Positions 12,933 through 26,970 of a stretch of DNA of 64,000 nt are shown piece after piece (the first letter of the stretch is position 1; each line of letters begins with the position of its first letter). A model generated the notes under the pieces. The model saw nothing but the letters and a program-made list of their open reading frames with translations, was not told where the DNA came from and searched no databases. Position numbers and translations under genes: made by a program. Location of the stretch: the NCBI RefSeq assembly GCF_011386835.1, contig NC_088810.1, positions 23,250,001-23,314,000 of the forward strand. Direction: 5' to 3'. The DNA is from Chrysemys picta bellii (Eukaryota).

Positions 12933-14501
12933 CAGTTTGTAGGACTGCCTGAAGGATCTGAGATGCCTTTTATGGAGGCGGTCCCAATTAGTTACCAAAC
13001 AAACTTGACTGCCTTGCTAAATCCTCCTTTTGATGGAGCTGTTTTCCTCAGGGTTTGGGATTGTTGGGCTAATCTCAGCCTGAAAGTGTGTGACATTGTT
13101 GCATTCTTCAGCTTTCTTTCATCTAAAAATTGTACAAGCCAAGTGCAATCCTTGTGTCATTCCATTGACTGACTTGGTGCTGCCATGAGAATGCATGTCA
13201 AGCTGATTCAGAGCTGTGTCAGTAGTACAACTGTCTGTCATGAACAGGAATCTGGTTTGGTCCTTTCCATTTCTGCTGGTCATGGTTAGGGGCATTGGGC
13301 AGTGCATTTTGTACCCGGTAGGAAGGAGGGAGGCATTTTTGTACATTGGATCAGATCCAGTCCCCTTTGTAATCAATGGGATTCATACCATTGCCTTCAG
13401 TGTGTTTCTTCTCAGGACCTTATATCTGAAATTCCCCCTTTGGCAGGGGGATAGTACGATGCCTATGGCCATTTTGAGTCCAACTTGAAACGTTGAAACT
13501 AGGACTCAGCAGGGACTGTAGTGGAGCATGGGCCTTTGTGATGGCCCTCTGCCAAGGGGAGAATTTCTTCTTACAGGGATTCAAAATTAACCTAAAATTG
13601 GACCTCCACTTGTGGCACCAATTATAAACAATTATCAAAGGAAGATTAAAAAAAATAGAATGAGCCTGTTTAAGAGTTACTTTCAGGGTTAGTGACAGAT
13701 TTGGAAGGCATGATTGGTAAGTGTCCAGGAGGGTTCAAGAGATTGAGGTTAGTATTTGGCATGACTAGTCCCAACTATTGGGGGCTTTTTCTGACTTTGT
13801 CAATCATGCCCTGTCTGACCTTGAACTTAGTATGTCTCCGTTCACCTCTGAGTAAAACAGGTATAATTATAATTGGAAAGCTCTTCACAAACAATTTATA
13901 CAGCCAAAGTTACGTACAGTATTATTATAGTAGTAATAACTTTTTATTGCAATTAGACGTTCCAATATTCACTTTAGAAATGCATGTCAAGGTCATAGAT
14001 GTCATTCCAGTACTCGGTGCATGATTCTGAGCTCCCTCCCGCTAAAATGGAGGCTCTTTAAGTTTTTTTGAATGTAGCATTTTTTCCCCTTCTAGATATA
14101 TTTTAAAGTTGAAGGGCCTTAATGTGAGCTAGTGTTGACCAGCACAACTCCTTCAACTTCAATTTGAAGGAAGGCACTTTACCCAGCCCAGGGTAGAGAA
14201 AACCTTGTGTGGGGTGTATCTTTCTGTGTATACTCCGTACCTCCACTCCCAACTGTGTAAGTCAAATCAGACTTACCAAGTTCACCAAGACGAATAATGC
14301 TAGATAAATGATCTGAAAAGGTCTAAGTTGCAGGTGCTTTCATATGATTTAGAAAGTACGTGAGACTCAACAATCCCAAACCCTGAGGAAAACAGCTCCA
14401 TCCAAAGGAGGGTTTAGCAAGGCAGTCAAGTTTGTTTGGTAACTAATTGGGACCGCCTCCATAAAAGGCATCTCAGATCCTTCAGGCAGTCCTACAAACT
14501 G

Positions 14502-14569
14502 TATAAAAGTGCTCACATCTCAGGACTCTTCTAAACACTTCTCTGCACTTCATCTCTTCGGTGAACACG
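14502..14569 (+). promoter_or_regulatory. Gene 4 TATA box and exon 1
   Basis: Same 68-nt module. Confidence 0.85.
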
Positions 14570-15232
14570 GTAAGTCCATTTCGACTCCATCTCTTTCTTA
14601 CCATAGAGATATCCTAGTAGCTTCCATTTCCTTTCAAGATTGAATCTTGCACTTACTCTCAGTGACTTTCATCAGGGATGAGGGTGTTATTCCATAATTA
14701 CATTGTGCACTTATTCAGTTGCAAGGGCTGGTGAATTCACGGTGCTAAGCTAACGGGGGGATTGTAGAAGCAACATATGGAACTGGGAAATATATTTTCT
14801 ATTAATTGGAAGTTGAATTCGGGTATTTAAATCTTTTAAGTGACCTTATAAAATCCTTTAGTCATTTCCCTTTTCGGTAGATTAGGAAGAAGGGTTCCCA
14901 GTTCACTCCATAACGGGGCAATACATTGGTCTTCTACTTTATTCTGAAGAAGCTATTATTCATCACTGTTGCAGACATGGAGAGGACTTCAAAGGGGCCA
15001 GTTGGGAGGGAAGTTTAGTGGGAGAGGAGAAGAGGCGAAGAAAGCGGAAATAGGAACAAATAATAACCATGTACATAGGGACTGTGTCTACTCCTCCTCC
15101 TCTCTCTCGGGGCCCTTGTAGACCTCACCATAATAGTAACTGAGCTTTGAAGCCTTTCTTCCACTGACACTTATAACTTCTCTTGAATCTGTTCCCTGTT
15201 GTGTGTTTCAGGTTTATCTCCATCACAGAAAG

Positions 15233-15793
15233 ATGTCTTGCTCCAGCCTCTCCTATCCAGAATGCGGGGTGGCCCGTCCCAGTCCAGTTTCTGGCAGTTG
15301 CAATGAGCCGTGCATCAGGCAGTGCCCTGACTCTGAAGTGGTCATCAGACCATCACCGGTTGTCGTGACCCTCCCAGGACCAATTCTCAGCACTTTCCCG
15401 CAGCAGAGTGAAGTGGCAGCCGTAGGAGCACCTGTGGTCGGAGCTGGCTATGGGGGCTCATTCGGTTTGGGGGGACTGTATGGTTCTGGAGGCCGTTATG
15501 GAGGATTGTATGGTTTAGGGGGATTTGGTGGTTATGGGGGCCTTTACGGTTATGGGGGATTGGGTGGTTATGGGGGATTATGTGGTTACGGGGGAGGTTA
15601 CGGTTATGGGGGATTAGGTGGTTATGGGGGATTGGGTAGATATGGGGGATTGTGTGGTTACGGGGGAGGTTATGGGGGATTGTGTGGTTACGGGGGTGGT
15701 TACGGTTATGGGGGATTAGGTGGTTATGGGGGATTATGCGGTTACGGGGGATATGGCCGTAGGTATCGCGGTGGATACTGTGGGCCATGTTAA
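15233..15793 (+). CDS. Corneous beta-protein gene 4, 186 aa
   Basis: Protein identical to gene 2 in the ORF track; intron 14570-15211. Confidence 0.95.
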   Translation: MSCSSLSYPECGVARPSPVSGSCNEPCIRQCPDSEVVIRPSPVVVTLPGPILSTFPQQSEVAAVGAPVVGAGYGGSFGLGGLYGSGGRYGGLYGLGGFGGYGGLYGYGGLGGYGGLCGYGGGYGYGGLGGYGGLGRYGGLCGYGGGYGGLCGYGGGYGYGGLGGYGGLCGYGGYGRRYRGGYCGPC

Positions 15794-18700
15794 TCCCAAC
15801 AGGAATATCCATGAAATAAAGTAGAATAGGCCCTACATGTTCTATCCTTTCCACCGATATGTATCGTAAGCATCTCACTTTGAATTATGCTACGGCAGAT
15901 ATGTAATGGAGAACCTGCCTAGTCCTCTGCCTCTATTATGCTGTATTTTATTTCCTACCAACTGGTGTAAAACAAGGTTCTGCTCTGTATTGTTTCTTCC
16001 TGTAACTTTGTACTGCAAATTTCATTCACATTAAAAACTATGTTGCATCATCAGATCAGTCTTATGGTTCTCCTTGTTTCTCCCTATTCGGTTAAAAATT
16101 CATCTGAAATTCCCCCTTTGGCAGAGGGATAGTATGATGCCTATGGACATTTTGAGTCCAACTTGAAAGATTCAAACTAGGATTCATCAGGGACTGTAGT
16201 TTAGCACGGGTCTTTGTGCTGACCCTCTGCAAAGGGGAGAATTTCTCCTTACAGGGATTCAAAATTAACCTAAAATTGGACCTCCACTTGTGGCACCAAT
16301 TCTAAACAATTATCAAAAGAAGATTAAAAAATAAAATGAGCCTCTCTAAGAGGGTTAGTGACAGATTTGGAAGCCATGATTGGTAAGTGTCCAGTAGGGT
16401 TCAAGGGATTGAAGTTAGTGTTAGGCATGAGTAGTCCCAACTATTGGGGGCTTTTTCTGATTTTGTCAATCATGCCCTGTCTGACCTTGACCTTAACATA
16501 CCTCCGTTCACCTATGTGTAAAACAGGTATAATTATAATTTGAAAGCACTTCACAAACATTTTATAGGGCCAAAGAGACGTACTGTATTATTATAGTAGT
16601 AATAACTTTTTTACTGCAATTAGATGGTCCAATATTCACTTTAAAAATTTATGTTAAGGTCTCTGATGTCATTCCAGTACTCCGTTTGCCATTCTGACCT
16701 CCCTCCCCATCAAAGGAAGGATCTTTGAATTTTTTGAATGTAGCTTTGTTTTCTCTTGTTTGAAGGAAGGCACTTTACCCAACCTAGGTTAGAGAAAACC
16801 TTTTGTGGAGTGTATCTTTCTGTGTATACACTGCACCTCCACCCCCAACTGTGTGAGTGAAATAAGACTTACCAACTTCACCAAGACAAATAACGCTAGA
16901 TAAGTGATCTGAAAAGTTCTAAGTTGCAGGTGCTTTCATATGATTTAGAAAGGATGTGAGATGCACTTTACTTCAGGCGAAGACATTTCGCTACAAAACC
17001 AATCTTGTTGAATGCATAACAACTTCAATGGATGTAAATGCTTTCCTCATTGTTTGTGATTGTTAGTGTAAAGCTACAATTATTGAAAATTTAATATGAA
17101 AATTATGAGGCTGTATATTATGGGAATTTAAGAAGGAATCCAGTTTGGGCCTTTCAGTTTATGCTGGTCATGGTTGGGGCATTGGGCAGTGCATTTTGTA
17201 CCCGGTAGAAAGGAGGGAGGCATTTTTGTGCACTGGGTCAGATCCAGTTCCCTTTGTAATCAATGGGAATCATTCTATTGCCTTCAGGACCTTATATCTG
17301 AAATACCCCCTTTGGCAGGGGGATAGTAAGAAGCCTGTGGACAGTTTGAGTCCAACTTGAAACGTTCAAACTAGGACTCAGCAAGGACTGTAGTGGAGCA
17401 TGGGCCTGTTTGATGGTCCTCTGCCCAGGGGACAATTTCTCCTTACAGGGATTCAAAATTGATCTAAAATTGGACCTTCACTTGTGGCACCAATTGTAAA
17501 CAATTATCAAATGAAAATTAAAAAAAAATAGAATGAGACTCTCTAAGAGTTACTTTCAGGGTTAGTGACAGATTTGGAAGCCATGACTGCTAAGTGTCCG
17601 GTAGGGTTCAAGAGATTGAGGTTAGTGTTTGGCAGGAGTAGTCCCAACTATTGGGGGCTATTTCTGACTCTACCAATCTCTCCCTGTGTGACCTTGACCT
17701 TGATCTTAACATGCCTCCGTTCACCTCTGTGTAAAACAGGTATAATTATAATTTTAAAGCACTTCACAAACACTTTATATGGCCAAAGAGACGTAGTGAA
17801 TTATTATAGTACAGTAGTAATAACTTTTTACTGAAATTAGATGTTCCAAAATTCACTTTAAAAATGCATGTCAAGGTCTCAGAGGTCATTCAAGTACTTC
17901 GTTCGCCATTCTGAGCTCCCTCCCCCTCAAATAGAGGCTCTTTGATTTTTTTGAATGTAGCTTTGTTTTCCCTTGTTTATATATTTTAAAGTTAAGGGAT
18001 TGAATGTGAGCTAGTGTAGACCAACACAACTCCATCATCTTCAGTTTGAAGGAAGGCACTTTACCCAGCCCAGGTTAGAGAAAACCTTGTGTGGAGTGTA
18101 TCTTTCCGTGTATACTCTGTACCTCCACTGCCAACTCTGTGAGTCAAATCAGACTTACCAAGTTCACCAAGATGAATAACGCTACATAATTGATCTGGTA
18201 AGTTCTAAGTTGCAGGTGCTTTCATATGATTTAGAAAGGATGTGAAATGCCCTTTTCTTCTGATGAGGACCTTATTAGCTACGAAACCAATCTTGTTGCA
18301 TTCATAACAACTTCAATGGATGTAAATGTTTTCCTCATTGTTTGTGATTATTAGTGTAAAGCTATCACTGATGAAATTTTAATACCCAAATTATGAGGCT
18401 GTATATTATGGCCTGAGTAGGGAGGGACATGAGAGACCTTGCTGTGCCTTTTGTGTTATCCAATCAAAAATTTGATTATTGGAAAATATTCATCTTCTGG
18501 GAGCTGAAGGGCACAAAAATGTTGACGACATGTGTAGATGAAAATGTAGTTTTTAATTTGCAGTTCCTGCAATATCATGCCCTGATAGACCCTGGGGATA
18601 TGATATATATGGAGTGTAGTGAGCAACAGCAACCTCAAAAGCCTTTAGACTCTTGTACTACATTAAGTTGTGGAGTTAAAGTTGAGAAGAGCTTTCTAGT

Positions 18701-20536
18701 GAACAGCCAAACCTTCAAAGCGCTCTAGAAGCAAAGGCTGCGTGTCTCCAAAGATACACTGCCATTCAAGGGGTCGGGGCTAGACTTAACCATGCATTAA
18801 CCGAGCAATTTGCTAGCCCATTTTCTTTTCCTTCTGAAAACCTGTGTCCTTCTCCTGCAAACAGTCACACTGATGCTTACCCTGAACCACGTGATTGGTC
18901 TTCTTGAAACGAAAGGAAAAATGTACACAGGATTTTTTCAGACAAAGACAGTAACAAGGATTCAAGAGAGCTGGTTAGGGTGGTGACTAAGGGTAAGTAG
19001 AGCAAGAAGACTAAAAGCAGAATACGGGACCAGAGTTGGAGACACGAAGAGAGGGGCTAGGTCTGTCTTTGTTACTCTCTTTCTCTCTCTCGCTCTCTCT
19101 CTCTTTAGGTCTCTACATGACCTCAATTGTGTTTGCCTTAGTTGAGACTGACCAAGGGGAAACAAGTAATTGAAAATGGTGGCACACCGGACTTGTTTGT
19201 CAAACTCTATAGCTGCAATAAAGAAGACAATTTGAGAAATACATTACTTTGGAGCTGGTGACAGGATATGGCCTTCGTGAAACCATGGATATATAGCCTT
19301 TTCTTTTCTTTTGAAAATTTCTACTCCCCTTTATTTCAAATTCAAATATATAATACATTATACTATTGGTCTTCTGGTTTTAATTTCTCCTCAATTCGTT
19401 ATCTTTTCATATCATGAAAGGCTTCCATATCATTTGACCAAAGAGGAAGACTGGCAGTATTAGGGCATTTGTTCTCAATGAAGCTTATGAATTGCCAGGG
19501 AAAGGCTAACTGCTCATAGTAAAGGTTTCTTCCTCAGCCGTTCAGGACTTCAATGCTGCAGCTTTAAATTGCTATCATCCTCGAGTATCTCAAAGGGGAG
19601 GGATTCATCCTTAGCCCATAGAGTAGTACTAGGGATGGAAACGGGGATTGGTTTGGCCAAATGCCTCCAGATAAAGCACCCATATCAAATGGCCATGTCA
19701 ATAAAGTTTTCTCAGTCTTTGTCTTTATCCATAATCTCTGCTGAAAAACCCAAATCCTGGGGAAAGGAAGCTCTATAGAAAAGTGAGGTTACTTGTGGAC
19801 TTAAAGTTGAGAAGAGCTTTCTAGTGAACAGCCAAACTTTCAAAGAGCTCTAGAAGCAAAGGCTGCCTGTCCCTAAAGATACTCTGACATTCAAGGGGTC
19901 GGGTCTAGACTTAACCGTGCATTAACCGAGCAATTTGCTGGCTACTTTTTTTTTCCTTCTTAAAACCTGGGCCCTTCTCCTGCAAACAGTCACACCGATG
20001 CTTACCATGAAACCAAAGGAAAAATGTACATTCTTTAAGTTACCATATGGATAAATCATTTCAGGAAAAGACACTTTGCTCAACCAGGTAAGGAAAGGAG
20101 GAACTCTTTGCAGAGGGCTTGTATAATTCTATGGAACTCTTCAAGGGCCAGATTCACTCCATGGCTTTCAAAGTTGGAACTTGAGATGTGCCCGGTTCTG
20201 CCTGCTCAACAGAGATGAATTTTTAACCAAGTAGGGAGAAACAAGGAGAACCATAAGACTGATATGATGATGCAACATAGTTTTTAATGTGAATGAAATT
20301 TGCAGTACAAAGTTACAGGAAGAAACAATACAGAGCAGAACCTTTTCAAGTTCCTTGTTTTACACCAGTTGGTAGGAAATAAAATACAGCATAATAGAGG
20401 CAGAGGACTAGGCAGGTTCTCCATTACATATCTGCCGTAGCATAATTCAAAGTGAGATGCTTACGATACATATCGGTGGAAAGGATAGAACATGTAGGGC
20501 CTATTCTACTTTATTTCATGGATATTCCTGTTGGGA

Positions 20537-21199
20537 TTAACATGGCCCACAGTATCCACCGCGATACCTACGGCCATATCCCCCGTAACCGCATAATCCC
20601 CCATAACCACCTAATCCCCCATAACCGTAACCTCCCCCGTAACCACACAGTCCCCCATAACCTCCCCCGTAACCACACAATCCCCCATATCTACCCAATC
20701 CCCCATAACCACCTAATCCCCCATAACCGTAACCTCCCCCGTAACCACACAGTCCCCCATAACCTCCCCCGTAACCACACAATCCCCCATATCTACCCAA
20801 TCCCCCATAACCACCTAATCCCCCATAACCGTAACCTCCCCCGTAACCACACAATCCCCCATAACCACCCAATCCCCCATAACCGTAAAGGCCCCCATAA
20901 CCACCAAATCCCCCTAAACCATACAATCCTCCATAACGGCCTCCAGAACCATACAGTCCCCCCAAACCAAATGAGCCCCCGTAGCCAGCTCCGACCACAG
21001 GTGCTCCTACGGCTGCCACTTCACTCTGTTGCGGGAAAGTGCTGAGAATTGGTCCTGGGAGGGTCACGACAACCGGTGATGGTCTGATGACCACTTCAGA
21101 GTCAGGGCACTGCCTAACACATGGCTCATTGCAGCTGCCAGAAACTGGACTGGGACGGGCCACCCCGCATTCTGGATAGGACAGGCTGGAGCAAGACAT
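20537..21199 (-). CDS. Corneous beta-protein gene 5, 220 aa
   Basis: CBP core; tail carries an extra 102-nt (34-aa) tandem copy; intron 21221-21861. Confidence 0.95.
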   Translation of the reverse strand: MSCSSLSYPECGVARPSPVSGSCNEPCVRQCPDSEVVIRPSPVVVTLPGPILSTFPQQSEVAAVGAPVVGAGYGGSFGLGGLYGSGGRYGGLYGLGGFGGYGGLYGYGGLGGYGGLCGYGGGYGYGGLGGYGGLGRYGGLCGYGGGYGGLCGYGGGYGYGGLGGYGGLGRYGGLCGYGGGYGGLCGYGGGYGYGGLGGYGGLCGYGGYGRRYRGGYCGPC

Positions 21200-21861
21200 C
21201 TTTCTGTGATGGAGATAAACCTGAAACACACAACAGGGAACAGATTCAAGAGAAGTTATAAGTGTCAGTGGAAGAAAGGCTTCAAAGCTCAGTTACTATT
21301 ATGGTGAGGTCTACAAGGGCCCCGAGAGAGAGGAGGAGGAGTAGACGCAGTCCCTATGTACATGGTTATTATTTGTTCCTATTTCCGCTTTCTTCGCTCT
21401 TCTCCTCTCCCACTAAACTTCCCTCCCAACTGGCCCCTTTGAAGTCCTCTCCATGTCAGCAACAGTGATGAATAATAGCTTCTTCAGAATAAAGTAGAAG
21501 ACCAATGTATTGCACCGTTATGGAGTGAACTGGGAACGCTTCTTCCTAATCTACCGAAAAGGGAAATGACTAAAGGATTTTATAAGGTCACTTAAAAGAT
21601 TTAAATACCCTAATTCAACTTCCAATTAATAGAAAATATATTTCCCAGTTTCATATGTTGCTTCTACAATCTCCCCGTTAGCTTAGCATCGTGAATTCAC
21701 CAGCCCTTGCAACTGAATAAGTGCACAATGTAATTATGGAATAACACCCTCATCCCTGATAAAAGTTACTGAGTGTATGTGCAAGATTCAATCTTGAATG
21801 GAAATGGAAGCTACTGGGATATCTTTATGGTAAGAAAGAGATGGAGTCGAAATGGACTTAC

Positions 21862-21929
21862 CGTGTTCACCGAAGAGATGAAGTGCAGAGAAGTGTTTAG
21901 AAGAGTCCTGAGATGTGAGCACTTTTATA
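21862..21929 (-). promoter_or_regulatory. Gene 5 TATA box and exon 1
   Basis: Same 68-nt module. Confidence 0.85.
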
Positions 21930-22249
21930 CAGTTTGTAGGACTGCCTGAAGGATCTGAGATGTCTTTTATGGAGGAGATCCCAATTAGTTACCAAACAAA
22001 CTTGACTGCCTTGCTAAATCCTCCTTTGGATGGAGCTGTTTTCCTCAGGGTTTGGGATTGTTGGGCTAATCTCAGCCTGAAAGGGTGTGACATTGTTGCA
22101 TTCTTCAGCTTTCTTTCATCTAAAAATTGTACAAGCCAACTGCAATCCTCGTGTCATTCCACTGACTGACTTGGTGCTGGCATGAGAATGCATGTCAAGG
22201 TGATTCAGAGCTGTGTCAGTAGTACAACTGTCTCTCATGAACAGGAATC

Positions 22250-24770
22250 TGGTTTGGTCCTTTCCATTTATGCTGGTCATGGTTAGGGGCATTGGGCAGT
22301 GCATTTTGTACTCGGTAGGAAGGAGGGAGGCATTTTTGTACATTGGATCAGATCCAGTCCCCTTTGTAATCAATGGGATTCATACCATTGCCTTCAGTGT
22401 GTTTCTTTTCAGGACCTTATATCTGAAATTCCCCCTTTGGCAAGGGGATAGCACGATGCCTATGGCCATTTTGAGTCCAACTTGAAACGTTGAAACTAGG
22501 ACTCAGCAGGGACTGTAGTGGAGCATGGGCCTTTGTGATGGCCCTCTGCCAAGGGGAGAATTTCTCCTTACAGGGATTCAAAATAAACCTAAAATTGGAC
22601 CTCCACTTTTGGCACCAATTGTAAACAATTATCAAAGGAAGATTAAAAAAACACAGAATGAGCCTCTTTAAGAGTTAAATTCAGGGTTAGTGACAGATTT
22701 GGAAGGCATGATTGTAAGTGTCCAGGAGGGTTCAAGAGATTGAGGTTAGTATTTGGCATGACTAGTCCCAACTATTGGGGGCTTTTTCTGACTTTGTCAA
22801 TCATGCCCTGTCTGACCTTGAACTTAACATGTCTCCGTTCACCTCTGTGTAAAACAGGTATAATTATAATTGGAAAGCTCTTCACAAACACTTTATACAG
22901 CCAAAGTTACGTACAGTATTATTATAGTAGTAATAATTTTTATTGCAATTAGACGTTCCAATATTCACTTTAGAAATGCATGTCAAGGTCATAGATGTCA
23001 TTCCAGTACTTGGTACATGATTCTGAGCTCCCTCCCGCTAAAATGGAGGCTCTGTGAGTTTTTTTTGAATGTAGCATTTTTTCCCCTTCTAGATATATTT
23101 TAAAGTTGAAGGGCCTGTATGTGAGCTAGTGTTGACCAGCACAACTCCTTCAACTTCAATGTGAAGGAAGGCACTTTACCCAGCCCAGGTTAAAGAAAAC
23201 CTTGTGTGGGTTGTATCTTGCTGTGTATACTCCATACCTCCACCGCCAACTGTGTAAGTCAAATCAGACTTACCAAGTTCACCAAGACGAATAATGCTGG
23301 ATAAATGATCTGAAAAGGTCTAAGTTGCAGGTGCTTTCATATGATTTAGAAAGTACGTGAGATACTGTTTACTTCTGGTGAGGACATTATTCGCTACAAA
23401 ACCAATCTTGTTGCATGCATAACAACTTCAATGGATGTAAATGCTTTCCTCATTGTTTGTGATTATTAGTGTAAAGCTACAATTAATGAAATTTTAATAT
23501 GAAAATTATGAGGCTGTATATCATGGGAATCTGAAGAAGGAATCCAGTTTGGGCCTTTCAATTTATGCTGGTCATGGTTGGGGCATTGGGCAGTTCATTT
23601 TGTACCCGGTAGGAAGGAGGGAGGCATTTTTGTGCACTGGGTCAGATCCAGTTCCCTTTGTAATCAATGGGAATCACTCTGCTGCCTTCAGGACCTTATA
23701 TCTGAACTTCCCCCTTTGGCAGGTGGATAGTACGATGCCTATGGACATTTTGAGTCCAACTTGAAAGATTCAAACTAGGATTCATCAGGGACTGTAGTTT
23801 AGCACGTGTCTTTGTGCTGACCCTCTGCAAAGGGGAGAATCTCTCCTAGCAGGGATTCAAAATTAACCTAAAATTGGACCTCCACTTGTGGCACCAATTC
23901 TAAACAATTATCAAAAGAAGATTAAAAAAAAATAGAATGAGCCTCTTTAAGAGTTTCTTTCAGGGTTAGTGACAGATTTGGAAGCCATGATTGGTAAGTG
24001 TCCAGTAGGGTTCAAGAGACTGAGGTTAGTGTTTGGCATGAGTAGTCCCAATTATTGGGGGATATTTCTGACTCTACCAATCTCTCCCTGCCTAACCTTG
24101 ACCTTGATCTTAACAAGTCTCCGTTCACCTCTGTGTAAAACAGGTATAATTATAATTTGAAAGCACTTCACAAACACTTTATACGGCCAAAGAGACGTAC
24201 TGAATTATTAAAGTACAGTAGTAATAACTTTTTCCTGAAATTAGATGTTCCAATATTCACTTTAAAAATGCATGTCAAGGTCTCAGATGTCATTCCAGTA
24301 CTCCGTTCATCATTCTGAGCTCCCTCCCTCTCAAAGGAAGGATCTTTGATTTTTTTGAATGTAGCTTTGTTTTCTCTTGTTTGAAGGAAGGCACTTTACC
24401 CAACCTAGGTTGGAGAAAACCTTGTGTGGAGTATATCTTTCTGTGCATACACTGCACCTCCACCCCCAACTGTGTGAGTGAAATCAGACTTACCAAGTTC
24501 ACCAAGACGAATATTGCTAGCTAAGTGATCTGAAAAATTCTAAGTTACAGGTGCTTTCATATGATTTAGAAAGGACGTGAGATGACCTTTTCTTCTGACT
24601 AGGACCTTATTAGCTACGAAACCAATCTTATTGCATTCATAACAACTTCAATGGATGTAAATGTTTTCCTCATTCTTTGTGATCATTAGTGTAAAGCTAC
24701 AATTAATGAAATTTTAATACAAAAATTATGAGGCTGTATATCATGGCCTGAGTAGGGAGGGACATGAGAT
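22250..24770. repeat. Unit X tandem pair
   Basis: Period ~1295 nt; duplicated at ~31675-34185 (offset ~9425). Further single or partial units near 13250, 44660, 48035 (inverted), 52190, 57770, 58500 (inverted), 62200. Confidence 0.8.
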
Positions 24771-25252
24771 AGCTTGCTGTGCCTTTTTTGAGGTGACTCA
24801 AGCACTCAGGACTGGGCGTCTAACACAAAGAGGACACCCTCAATATTACAATAATAAAACACTTTGCACTTATAAAAGAGTAATGAGTGTTTTTGCAATG
24901 CCTTGAAATTCATAGTCCCGAGGAAGCCTCACACGTAGCGTAACTGTTGTTATCCCTGTTTTACATGCAGAAACACAGAAGCACTTTGAGGTGAAGATTA
25001 TACACTGAATCCACTTAAAGAATTACACACAAAGTGCCCATTAATTCCAAGATATGCTATAAAATAAAGCCTAACTATAACCTCAGCAAATTGACTGATA
25101 CATGGAAAAATTCCATTATCCCGTTGATGGAAGAGATGGAAAAATACCTTTTGGAAAATATAGGCTTTGAAAGTTTACTTTCATTGGTCACTGTGCCTTT
25201 TCTGTCCTCTACTCATTGCTGTGTGTTGCAAGCTGACTTCCATTGAAGAAAG

Positions 25253-25435
25253 ATGTCTTGCTCTAGAAACCCATGATTGGTTGTACCATGTGGCATGACA
25301 GGCCCTCAGTCAGTTACTACGCACTGCAATGATCCATGGATTAGGCCGTACCAAGACCACAGAGTGTTTACCTACCCACCACTGGCTGCTGTGACTAACT
25401 TGGGACCAATTGTCAGCTCTTTTCATCAGGAGTGA
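25253..25435 (+). pseudogene. Diverged CBP pseudogene psi1
   Basis: Manual translation MSCSRNP*LVVPCGMTGPQSVTTHCNDPWIRPYQDHRVFTYPPLAAVTNLGPIVSSFHQE* aligns to the CBP N-terminus and core; acceptor-like ttgcaag about 20 nt before ATG. Confidence 0.85.
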
Positions 25436-25629
25436 GGAGTTTTAAGATGAAAGAGAGGTCCAGAGTGTATTGTGCATGTCCTACCATATGGAGTTAAGAA
25501 CAAACTAATCGTCAAAAACACGGAGGAAAAAATACATCAGTTGAAGGTGTTACACACAGTTTGTTTCAAACTAATTAGACTAACAGAAACAAAAGGCCTA
25601 TCTAGTCCTCTAGGCTGTCTACAAAACTG

Positions 25630-25696
25630 TATAAAAACACTCATGACTCAGACGTCTTCAAACCACGTGTTTAACTTATTCACTTCCATGAATTGA
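25630..25696 (+). promoter_or_regulatory. Orphan CBP-type promoter/exon 1, class P (P1)
   Basis: aaactgTATAAAA, TGACTCA, ...GAATTGA|GTAAGTCC. Flanks align to the functional promoter and intron; no CBP coding exon at the expected distance. Confidence 0.7.
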
Positions 25697-26891
25697 GTAA
25701 GTCCTATTCGACTCACTCTCTCTTTAATCTTTGAGATGATGTGTTAGCATGTCAGTGATAGTTTTAATTTAGGACTGAATTTTGCACATTCACTCCATGA
25801 TTCTTAACAGCATTAAAGGTTTTGTTTGATTCTTTTTCAATATCTTTTATTCCATTGTAAAGTTGCAGAAATTTTTTTCTTCAGTTTAGAAGCTAAGGCT
25901 TGAATTTTCAGAGCAAGACATGCATTTGTAACACTAGATCTTATTGCTTTCAGTTAGAACTTGGGCTTTCAAATCCCATAGGTAGCTCTGAAAATTCTCA
26001 CCCACAATTTTTAATTTAGAGTTTAAGAAGAAATTTCTACTCCCCCTTATTTCAATTTCAGATATATGTTACATTATACTATTGGTCTTATGTTCAAAAT
26101 TTCTCCTCCATTCCTTATCTTTTCATATCATGAAAGGCTTCCATATTGTTAGGCCAAAAGTTTCTGCCAGTTTTGGACATCTCCACTGTTCCTGCACAAT
26201 TCAGTAAAGCTTGTGGCCTGTTATCAAGAAATATTGAGCATAGAAAGCTTCTGTTAGCTTTAATAGGAGTTTTCAGTAGACAGTAATCCAGAAAAATGGC
26301 CTGGAGCATCTCCTGTAGGGCATCTAAAATTAATGGCTTGAGTTGACCATGAAACACTATCACTGGAATTCAAATGATCAGAGTTTACTAGGCCTTCCAA
26401 TTTAACAATAACAAAAGAAAAATTAAGTAGATATTTTAGTGAGGAAGACTGGCAATATTAGGGCATTTGTTCTCAATGAAGCTTATGAATTGCCAGTGAA
26501 AGGCTAACTGCTCATAGTAAAGGTTTCTTCCTCAGCCGTTCAGGACTTCAATGCTGCAGCTTTAAATTGCTATCATCCTCGAGTATCTCAAAGGGGAGGG
26601 ATTCATCCTTAGCCCGTAGAGTAGTGATAGGGATGGAAACGGGGATTGGTTTGGCCAAATGCCTCCAGATAAAGCACCCATATCAAATGGCCATGTCAAT
26701 AAAGTTTTCCCAGTCTCTGTCTTTATCCATAATCTCTGCTGAAAAACCCAAATCCTGGGGAAAGAAGCTCTATAGAAAAGTGAGGTTAATTGTGGACTTG
26801 AAGTTGAGAAGAGCTTTGTAGTGAACAGCCAAACCTTCAAAGCGCTCTAGAAGCAAAGGCTGCCTGTCTCCAAAGATACTCTGCCATTCAA

Positions 26892-26970
26892 AAACAACAA
26901 GGAGTCTGGTGGCACCTTAAAGACTAACAGATTTATTTGGGCATAAGCTTTCGTGAGTAAAAACCTCACT
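26892..26970 (-). mobile_element. Short Penelope-like terminal fragment (different subfamily)
   Basis: Reverse strand gtgagg..ctcacGAAAgcttatgc..gttagtctttaaggtgccac; flanking repeat TCTG(C/T)CATTCAA at 26880-26891 and 26971-26982. Confidence 0.8.

Larger units (their letters stand above)
4100..22200. repeat. Tandem segmental duplication, ~8.9-9.2 kb period
   Basis: Track offsets 4521->13692 (9171), 6306->15203 (8897), 8668->17565, 9532->18429, 11641->20537. Confidence 0.85.

Noticed and set aside
24871-24940. TATAAAAG upstream of psi1 as its promoter
   Set aside because: No good GTAAGT donor at the expected 68-nt spacing, and no alignment to the CBP promoter.
25274-25276. Shared in-frame TGA at codon 8 of the pseudogenes as selenocysteine or readthrough
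   Set aside because: psi4 has TAA there, psi3 has another stop, psi2 and psi4 are frameshifted, and no tail or SECIS was seen.
26040-26152. Acceptor-like tttcag followed by a 28-aa ORF as the missing exon of the P modules
   Set aside because: The AG is absent in the P2 copy and the peptide has no CBP similarity.
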